From Candidatus Poseidoniaceae archaeon (GTDB lineage Archaea > Thermoplasmatota > Poseidoniia > Poseidoniales > Poseidoniaceae), in contig JBJLAY010000040.1 in assembly GCA_045568475.1 (NCBI GenBank), positions 1 to 61,373 on the forward strand: a stretch of DNA of 61,373 nt. Direction: 5' to 3'. The notes under the pieces are model-generated. The model ran no database searches and was not told the DNA's origin. It was given only the letters and a program-made list of their open reading frames with translations. Within the stretch, counting starts at the first letter, position 1. Every line of letters starts with the position of its first letter. Shown here in pieces: positions 27,101 through 33,770 of the stretch. A program made the translations under genes and the position numbers.

Positions 27101-30100
27101 CCAATCAATTTTGGTTGAATGTCTCCGCCATCCCCTGATTGGCTAGGTGGTGGGGCGACTGGTGCTGCCTCCACCTGAACTGGAACTGGTTCCACAGGAA
27201 TAGACTCCACTTCTACAGGAACAGATACTACGCCACCCGTCATTTTCTGAATGTATGCTACAAAGTGATTCAATGTTGGATGGTCGGATAGAACGAAGTC
27301 CTCATCGACAGGTAGAGAGAAGATTTCTCTAACGTCCCCCATTATTTCGGCTTGCTTTACGGTATCAATTCCAAGTTCGCCTTCTAGGTCTTGATCCATC
27401 TCAATGAAATCTTCAGGATAACCTGTATGTTTGACTACAACACCGATTAATTTCGGCTGTATATCGCTTACATCTGCTGAATGTGATGATGTCTGAGTCA
27501 CGACTTCAGCAGGAGGTTCTACTACGGCTTCGATTGCTGGCTGAACAGCAGGTGTTGGCGCAGGGGTTGCTGCAGGAGCGGAAACATCCCCTCCTTTCAT
27601 TTTGTGAATATATGCAATCATGTGGTTGAGTGTTGGATAATCGGACAGGATGAAGTCTTCATCGACTGGTAATTCGAACAATGTCCTGATATCAGCCATA
27701 ATCTCTGCTTGCTTGACCGTATCGATTCCCAATTCTCCTTCTAAATCTTGGTCTAATTCTACGAAGTCTGCTGGATATCCTGTGTGGTTTACTACTACTT
27801 CAATTACAGCAGGAGTAATGTCACCGACTACAGCGACTGCAGCGACTGCGGCAGGTTTCACAACTACTGGTTCTGCGACAGGTTCTGGTTCTGCAGCCGG
27901 CTTGGGCACAGTTTCTGCAACAACTGGAACTACAGGAGGTGCTGTGGCTTTGGCTACAGCGTACTCTTCTCCTTGAATACCGCCATGTAGATTGTTGTCG
28001 CCATCAACATAGGCAACTAACTTATTTTGTAGAACTCTAAGTTCGACATTTGATGTACCTGCAATAGATTGGTTCCAAGTTAGCAACTTCTGTCTATCGA
28101 TTCTGTCACCAATATAATCGTACTTTCGAACTAATGAAAGTCCGATTTGGCTACCAAATCCTGCTGCAAATCTCATTCCATATTTCAGATTGGAATAATT
28201 TCCACCTTTAGATAAAGTCAGGTTTCCAAGTTCTGGATCTACTTCCTTATGGTTTGCAATAGGAGGAATCCTTCCCGTCATTAATCCATAGAACATCGAT
28301 GCATCTTCGATTCCAACACCCATTGGATGTCCCGTGAAACCTTTGGTATTGGCAATAACAATTGAATCTGTACTTGCACCAAAGGTATCTCTCAAGGCCT
28401 TGACTTCGGCTTGGGCAGAACCGCCTCTTGCAGGAGTAAATGTTTCGTGAGAGAAGAATGCCATATCGGGAGCCATTGTATGTCGATCCAATCCCCATCT
28501 TTCTTCCATTTCTCTGATGAAGGTATCAACGGTTGAAGCAACGTGTTCAACATCTAATCTTGTTCCATGGAAAGCGGAGTTTGCAATCTTAGTTCCAAGA
28601 AGTTCAGCCATCGGTTGAACGCCTCTTTCATCAGCCTGAGATTTTCTCTCGACAACGAATGCTGCAGCTCCCATTCCCAGAATTAGTCCGTTCCTGCGAC
28701 GATCGAATGGCAGTGCTGTTTCTTCGACAACATTGCTTGTAGCTGCTGCGCCGCTTGCTGCGAAACCAGAACCAATCCATTCCCACAAATCGTCACCAGT
28801 AACATCGTCTGCAGATATAATCACCACGCGGTCACAACGGTCAGCAGCAAGCCAATCTTCAGCGACACCGAATGCTGATGTGGCTGAAGCACAAGCCAGA
28901 TTGATAGTAGTATTAGGGCCTCTGATTCCGACATGTTGTGCGAATTGTGAATGACCCATATTCAAAATCTGGAACAGATATCGACGGTCAAATCTTCCTT
29001 CCCCGTCGTCTCCGTTAACCTTAGCGTGGCGAGCAGCCATTTGATGCCCTGCGAAACATGATGCGAAAACAATACCTGTTCTATCTCTGTAAGAAGATGG
29101 CATCTGCCATGAACGAATAAGTCGTAGTCCACCTTTTCCTACCTGTTCAACAGGGCTTAGCGGAATACCTGCGTCTTTGAGAGCGATTAATCCTGCTGCA
29201 CATGCTAGTTGAGTTGCGATATCCCATGCGGCTGCGATTTTAGCATCGATTCCAAACTCTTCTGATGGATCAAATGCGGACTTAATTCCTGCTAGTTGAG
29301 GTATGTCTCCGAATTCAGTAGCAGCCTCCATCCCTACACTGCCGTCTCTTCCTTTGATTAGTCGAACTATGTTCTTGTCAAGCAATCTCTGCTTGTAGTC
29401 ATCAGTAACTTCACTGATACAGGTTTCTCCTCTGACTAACTTCTCGAAATTGCCTTCATCGAATACACGCTCGCCACCAGGCAATCCAAGAGAAATACCA
29501 GTGATTACGAATGGATCATCATCCCTATCGTCAAATTTGGTTGAACGGTTTTTACTTCCGATTGAAGGGGCTGCTGTTATCCATCTTGTGATATCAGCAG
29601 GTGTTTTTGCAACTGTAATATCCCAATCAGGGTCTGTACTGCATCTTGCATGTACGGATGAAACTACTACTTGGATTTGAGAATCATCCATACCAAGAAC
29701 AGCCCTCATGTCGACATTTCCTTGACAGAATTTAGCAGGATAACCGGATTGTACTGCGATTAATTCTCCAACTAATGCAATCTTAGCCGCATCTGGATCT
29801 ACATATTTTTGACTAGATTGAACTACAGTCTTTGTGACTGTCTCTCCTCCCTTAGATGGTAAAGGTCTACTTCTGTCTTTGAGAGGAGTTGTAGGTGCTA
29901 CTACTCCATTATCTGCTTCGATTGGGCCTGCTTTGAACGCCTCTGTAAGATGAGGACTATTACGTCCTGGCCAATCAGGAATACGACCTGCAAGGGCGAG
30001 GGTTCCAAGGGCTGAGAGGAACGTTGAGATTCCTCCGGCCTTTGGATGATTTGTCATAATCGGCAGGGCTGCCTTTCCTTCTAGGATTTGTGAGGCGAAT

Positions 30101-32847
30101 ACTGTTAGAGCCCTCTTAGGCCCAACTTCGACGAATATCCTTGCGCCTGCTTCATACATCGTATTGATTTGAGTTGTCCACTCAACACTAGATGCCATTT
30201 GAGGGGCTAGCTTTGACAACACTGCTGATTTAGAATCACTGCCATCATCCATTGGATACCAGCCACCATCGACATTGCTTGTTATTGGAATAGTAGGCCA
30301 ACGGATATCCAATCCTTCGAGGAACCTGCGTAGCGGCTCGTTAGCGGGAGCCACTATTCTGGAATGGAATGCATGACTAGTTGCTAATGCCACAGACTGG
30401 AATCCTTCTGCCTCAAACCTTGACATCGCTTCCTTGACGGGCGCTGTTTCGCCAGCGATGACTGTCATCTTTGGAGAGTTCTTGTTTGCTGCAATTACAT
30501 ATCCATCAATCTCATCTATGATTTCTGCAATTCTCTCATAAGGAGCGGTTACACTTGCCATCAGTCCTTTATCTTCGATTTCAACACTGCCCATTTCGGT
30601 ACCACGGGCTGCTGCTGCTCTAAGTGCTCCATCCATGTCAAGAATACCGGCACTCATCAAAGCAGCGTATTCTCCAAGACTGTGTCCAGCGACCATGTCA
30701 GGGTTATGCCCATGAGAATTCAAGGCTGCTTCTATTGCTAAATCGGATGTAAGCATTGCAGGCTGAGTATATTCGGTCTGCTTGAGTTTGTACTCTGCTT
30801 CTTTTCTTTCTTCAGCAGATAGGTTTTCTCGAAGTACGAACGATGAGAGAGTCTCTCCTTCCAAAACATCTACCATTGTGACATCTGCTTTTTCCCACAC
30901 CTTTCCTACACCAGAATAACGGTTACTCAAGTCCAAGGTCATACCAACATATTGGCTTCCTTGTCCGGGATACATATGAGCGACTTTAGCATTAGTTGGA
31001 AGAGCAGGGTCGTCACTGATCATGACTCCTTGACTCATCAAGAATCCCCATTTTTCTTTATCATCCATTGCCTTTACAGCCAAATCGGTTCGCTTACTCA
31101 ATTCAGCCCAACTTGTAGCAGTAATAGCCATCCTAACCGAGTCACTTTCTGAATATGACCAGTGGTCCTGGAGAGTAAAGGATAGCCTCATCCCCCTGGG
31201 GTCATCATCGAAGTTTGGACCACTAAACGCTATTGAACTCAATTTAGACTTCACTGTAGCGATAGAATCTCCCGAAAGTAATAGCAATCCTCCTTCAACA
31301 GATTTCAATTCATCATGAGTCATTGTAGGCTTTGAATCTGAGACTTCTATGCCAGCATATGCTTCCCATCTGCCGTCCCAATGTGAAACCAATTCAGAAT
31401 GGTACTGCTGTTTGTATTCTTCAATTGCTACGTGGAAGTTCGTTCCACCAAAACCGAAGGCAGAGACTCCTGCTCGACGAGGATGTGACTCCGGTTCTGG
31501 CCAATCTCTCGCTTCGGTTGGAACGAAGAACGGAATCTCACCCCATTCCACAGTAGGGTTTGGAGTTTGGAAACCTGCACTTGGAGGGATTGTGTTGTGG
31601 TATACAGAATTACATGCTTTCATGATTCCAGCAATACCTGCAGCCGCTTTCAGATGCCCAATTTGGCTTTTTACTGAACCTACTGCGATGTGATCGCCAC
31701 CATCAAGTCCTTTCCAAAGTAAAGAAAGAGTAGACAACTCAGTAGCATCTCCTACCTTGGTTGATGTACCGTGTGCTTCAACTAACTCTACAGTTGAAGG
31801 AGCATATCCTGCTTGCGAATAAGCACGGCTAACCGCTTGGACTTGTCCTCTTTGACTTGGAGCTGTAATTCCTTTACCTCTCCCATCTGATGAACCTCCG
31901 ACTCCACGAACTACCGCTTTGACATCATCTCCATCACGAATTGCATCTGAAAGTCTCTTGAGTAGCAATACCCCTGCGCCTTCACCCATTACGAATCCGT
32001 TTGCACGTGCATCGAAAGGCGTTGAGTGAGTTGCAGAAAGGGCGCCTATTGCACTGAATTTAGCGAAGGTTGGAGCTTCCATGCAACGGTCTGTAGCACC
32101 AGCCAACATGGTATCGACTTGTCTTGTCTGTAGTAATCTGCAAGCATCCAGTAATGCCGCCATTGAGGATGCGCATGCTGCATCTGTCGAATAATTTGGA
32201 CCTTGAAGGTCAAGTAAATTCGCAACTCGGCCACTCACTACATTCGCAAGCTCACCCGGCATTGTATCTTCATCGATTCTTGGTTTACCTTCACAGACTT
32301 TCTCAACCATGGCATCTGCCTGTTCTGGAGTTGCTCCATTATCAATTGCAATCTTGCGCATCTCTGCACTGAATACTCGTAAATTGGATTCAGAGCGGTT
32401 TTCTCCTCCAAGAGCGTTAGCAAAAATTACTCCTGTTCTTGCACGATCAAGTGTTTTACCGTCTTCACCATACCCTGCATTCTCAATTGCGTCAGCAGAT
32501 ACCGTAACTGCCCAAAGTTGGCATGGATCGATTTGAGGTAGCGTCCCGGGAGGTTGCCTCCACCTTCTCCAATCAAATTCGTAACCTTCAACAAATCCAC
32601 CGATTTTAGAATATGTTTTACCTTCTGTGACATTCCCTGGTGCGCCATTTTCCCAGTAAATATCAGGGTCCCATCTGCTTTTGTCAACCTCTTTTATCGA
32701 AACATGAGCGTCGATAATGTTCTGCCAGAATTCATCGATGCTTTTTGCATCCGGCATTAGAGCGGCCATGCCGATAATTGCAATCGGTTCAAATGGCGCC
32801 TGATTTAGGCCGTCGACCGGTTTTCCATTGGCAGTGGTGATTGTCAT
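24196..32847 (-). CDS. Type I FAS/PKS megasynthase, PfaA-like: KS - AT - carrier-like - KS - ACP x3 - KR - DH (2883 aa)
   Basis: KS1 (aa ~20-475): DAACASS, EAHGTST, KSQIGH. AT (aa ~620-920): GHSLGEY, AFHS. Degenerate carrier-like segment (aa ~1015-1090). KS2 (aa ~1110-1575): NLACASA, AFHGT, GFTGH. ACPs (aa ~1675-1986): 3x GYP.DF...DQDLEGELGIDTVKQAEIM. KR (aa ~2030-2500): SGGGSGV, DYAAAN. DH (aa ~2565-2870): HAIDGVPYHP. Approximate nt ranges: KS1 31423-32790, AT 30088-30990, KS2 28123-29520, ACPs 26890-27825, KR 25348-26760, DH 24238-25155. Confidence 0.9.
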   Translation of the reverse strand: MTITTANGKPVDGLNQAPFEPIAIIGMAALMPDAKSIDEFWQNIIDAHVSIKEVDKSRWDPDIYWENGAPGNVTEGKTYSKIGGFVEGYEFDWRRWRQPPGTLPQIDPCQLWAVTVSADAIENAGYGEDGKTLDRARTGVIFANALGGENRSESNLRVFSAEMRKIAIDNGATPEQADAMVEKVCEGKPRIDEDTMPGELANVVSGRVANLLDLQGPNYSTDAACASSMAALLDACRLLQTRQVDTMLAGATDRCMEAPTFAKFSAIGALSATHSTPFDARANGFVMGEGAGVLLLKRLSDAIRDGDDVKAVVRGVGGSSDGRGKGITAPSQRGQVQAVSRAYSQAGYAPSTVELVEAHGTSTKVGDATELSTLSLLWKGLDGGDHIAVGSVKSQIGHLKAAAGIAGIMKACNSVYHNTIPPSAGFQTPNPTVEWGEIPFFVPTEARDWPEPESHPRRAGVSAFGFGGTNFHVAIEEYKQQYHSELVSHWDGRWEAYAGIEVSDSKPTMTHDELKSVEGGLLLLSGDSIATVKSKLSSIAFSGPNFDDDPRGMRLSFTLQDHWSYSESDSVRMAITATSWAELSKRTDLAVKAMDDKEKWGFLMSQGVMISDDPALPTNAKVAHMYPGQGSQYVGMTLDLSNRYSGVGKVWEKADVTMVDVLEGETLSSFVLRENLSAEERKEAEYKLKQTEYTQPAMLTSDLAIEAALNSHGHNPDMVAGHSLGEYAALMSAGILDMDGALRAAAARGTEMGSVEIEDKGLMASVTAPYERIAEIIDEIDGYVIAANKNSPKMTVIAGETAPVKEAMSRFEAEGFQSVALATSHAFHSRIVAPANEPLRRFLEGLDIRWPTIPITSNVDGGWYPMDDGSDSKSAVLSKLAPQMASSVEWTTQINTMYEAGARIFVEVGPKRALTVFASQILEGKAALPIMTNHPKAGGISTFLSALGTLALAGRIPDWPGRNSPHLTEAFKAGPIEADNGVVAPTTPLKDRSRPLPSKGGETVTKTVVQSSQKYVDPDAAKIALVGELIAVQSGYPAKFCQGNVDMRAVLGMDDSQIQVVVSSVHARCSTDPDWDITVAKTPADITRWITAAPSIGSKNRSTKFDDRDDDPFVITGISLGLPGGERVFDEGNFEKLVRGETCISEVTDDYKQRLLDKNIVRLIKGRDGSVGMEAATEFGDIPQLAGIKSAFDPSEEFGIDAKIAAAWDIATQLACAAGLIALKDAGIPLSPVEQVGKGGLRLIRSWQMPSSYRDRTGIVFASCFAGHQMAARHAKVNGDDGEGRFDRRYLFQILNMGHSQFAQHVGIRGPNTTINLACASATSAFGVAEDWLAADRCDRVVIISADDVTGDDLWEWIGSGFAASGAAATSNVVEETALPFDRRRNGLILGMGAAAFVVERKSQADERGVQPMAELLGTKIANSAFHGTRLDVEHVASTVDTFIREMEERWGLDRHTMAPDMAFFSHETFTPARGGSAQAEVKALRDTFGASTDSIVIANTKGFTGHPMGVGIEDASMFYGLMTGRIPPIANHKEVDPELGNLTLSKGGNYSNLKYGMRFAAGFGSQIGLSLVRKYDYIGDRIDRQKLLTWNQSIAGTSNVELRVLQNKLVAYVDGDNNLHGGIQGEEYAVAKATAPPVVPVVAETVPKPAAEPEPVAEPVVVKPAAVAAVAVVGDITPAVIEVVVNHTGYPADFVELDQDLEGELGIDTVKQAEIMADIRTLFELPVDEDFILSDYPTLNHMIAYIHKMKGGDVSAPAATPAPTPAVQPAIEAVVEPPAEVVTQTSSHSADVSDIQPKLIGVVVKHTGYPEDFIEMDQDLEGELGIDTVKQAEIMGDVREIFSLPVDEDFVLSDHPTLNHFVAYIQKMTGGVVSVPVEVESIPVEPVPVQVEAAPVAPPPSQSGDGGDIQPKLIGVVVKHTGYPDDFIEMDQDLEGELGIDTVKQAEIMGDVREIFSLPVDEDFVLSDHPTLNHFVAYIQKMKGGSASTTVTAEPVSAPVQAVATPIADPVAPASSPAKTSTRRWQVEVEPCPAVAEGLPIGGTIVITQDSWGVADALATRLTEKGLSVAKIGFEFGAKSVTEQEELSGHTFRANPNSEEQIAEVCSRIDGVGGIIHLAPLSLTGSTWESEGPSNQVALAAQSWFGLLKGLDSQLGVISAGIVGSVTAIDGRHGNRGDRFNALACGASGVTKSYGFERENLRCRALDLHPELIIDAAAAAEIIDNDMFNSGGDVEIGIDRDGRRWTMVCFAEDLVDDIKPLQSDDIWLVSGGGSGVTAASIIGVSNASKDAGATFLLLGRSKLAEETASWLDWSDEQLNTRKMELRESLIAESETGKVTMVEWNNAWTKLTRSMDIYRTIKEIENGGNQAEYHSANVTDSTSISAAVNGRSVTGIVHGAGLEESKLVADKEWSTFDLIVRVKVDGWKSLYSVAGDSLRFACAFTSVAGRFGNGGQTDYAAANSILDAEMARLTATGDCRAVAIGWTGWRDVGMATRGSIEAVFESAGIETLSVEDGVEIFVGEALAGGKRRVLGCGSLGLMDRYDSFREAPLKLPAEMAASIADPRRFPLIDKLVSLDEGKSLVSQCTLSVQDHPFLVDHAIDGVPYHPGVMAMEMFAENSLLLMPGHCIAGFEEVSFGLPVKIMKGAMTVRVEANLEKTNGDLSWVNCRLVSDLVNSKGEIFGEPRLHHQAKVRLVASSDDLSTFLQSEIEALPAIGTPADGELMHHSSFIYLRYFHGPRFQSHGGVLRGVENGVDGIALMRHQLPATDQFALESEGEEVLLDALPMLIEAGFQNAGLAAMESEGFSSLPIGIEWSTMLRVPEADEKLRVRSIKQATEDAGVTVHDVVIVGDDDAPVISLKGLRLKAMGEVAEDQRFTLER
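26890..27825 (-). repeat. Three in-frame tandem ACP-domain repeats (periods 357 and 342 nt) separated by Ala/Pro/Val-rich linkers
   Basis: Copies 2 and 3 share a 96-nt perfectly identical block (26899-26994 = 27241-27336), then diverge progressively. Copy 1 is clearly more diverged. Confidence 0.9.
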
Positions 32848-32851
32848 TTCT

Positions 32852-33646
32852 TCACTCCCCCATTATACTCGAAGGAACCATTGTAATCGAATATCCTGCA
32901 TCAACATGGATACACTGTCCTGTAACGCCTGATGAAAGTGGGCTTGCAAGCCAAGTTGTACAGCCTGCAACATCTGACTGTGTTACGTTTCTGCGAAGAG
33001 GTGAATTGTTTGCAACATGATCTAGAATATTGTCAAAGCCGGGGATGCCGCTGGCTGCAATAGTACGAATCGGTCCACTAGAAATCGCATTAACGCGGTG
33101 CCCTTCAGGCCCAAGATGGCAAGCTAATTCTCTAGTCCAGCACTCGAGTGCGGCCTTTGCCATACTCATTATTCCATAGGAAGGGACATGCCTGGTAGAT
33201 GCCGCATAAGTCAGAGTTATTGTTGAAGAGTCCGCATTGAGATATGGCAATGCATATTTCAGACAACGCTGTAATGAATTGGCAGAAATTGTGAATGCAG
33301 TATTGATACTCTCATCTTCAACGAATAAAATAGGTCTGTCGAAACACTCACGTGGGGCGAACCCGATTGCGTGAATTAGAATATCTGCTTTCAGACCAGG
33401 ATTCTCTTTACCGAATGCGTCAAAGAATTCCTTGGTATCTGCATCGGTAGCAACATCTAGCGGGTAGAATCCAGCAATGGCTGGAAGTTTATCCTTTAAT
33501 TGGAATACTCTAGACATGAATCTCTTCTGATATCCGAGGTAAAGTGTCACCCCTGCTTCAGCTAGACTCTTGCAAATCGCCCATGCGATTGAGTCTTCAC
33601 TTGCAACACCGAATACGAATGCAACTTTACCTTGTAAACCAAGCAT
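32852..33646 (-). CDS. fabI: Enoyl-[acyl-carrier-protein] reductase, FabI type (SDR)
   Basis: N-terminus MLGLQGKVAFVFGVASEDSIAWAI (FabI G-x-x-x-x-x-SIA motif) and the Tyr/Lys region YGIMSMAKAALE. The start is taken at ATG 33646; the track GTG at 33655 lies inside a hairpin. The stop lies 4 nt before the megasynthase ATG. Confidence 0.85.
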   Translation of the reverse strand: MLGLQGKVAFVFGVASEDSIAWAICKSLAEAGVTLYLGYQKRFMSRVFQLKDKLPAIAGFYPLDVATDADTKEFFDAFGKENPGLKADILIHAIGFAPRECFDRPILFVEDESINTAFTISANSLQRCLKYALPYLNADSSTITLTYAASTRHVPSYGIMSMAKAALECWTRELACHLGPEGHRVNAISSGPIRTIAASGIPGFDNILDHVANNSPLRRNVTQSDVAGCTTWLASPLSSGVTGQCIHVDAGYSITMVPSSIMGE

Positions 33647-33652
33647 GATTGG

Positions 33653-33673
33653 CACCTACCCTTAGGGTAGGTG
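33653..33673 (-). promoter_or_regulatory. Perfect 9-bp stem / 3-nt loop hairpin covering the Shine-Dalgarno-like AGGUG of fabI
   Basis: Plus strand reads cacctaccc-tta-gggtaggtg. On the mRNA it is CACCUACCC-UAA-GGGUAGGUG-CCAAUC-AUG, so the SD-like element forms the 3' arm of the stem, 6 nt from the AUG. Confidence 0.45.
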
Positions 33674-33770
33674 TTTCCCTTGCCACCACGCCTATGACTG
33701 TTGCCATGCAAAATTAGGCCACCAAGGCCATTACGAGGGTGAAAAAATAATGCCGAAAAATGGGAAATTC

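Noticed and set aside
26890-27825. Regularly spaced ~340-nt DNA repeats, considered as a CRISPR-like or satellite array.
   Set aside because: The period is a multiple of 3 (342/357 nt), the repeats are in frame, and they encode ACP domains of the megasynthase. There are no short spacers or repeats of CRISPR dimensions anywhere in the window.
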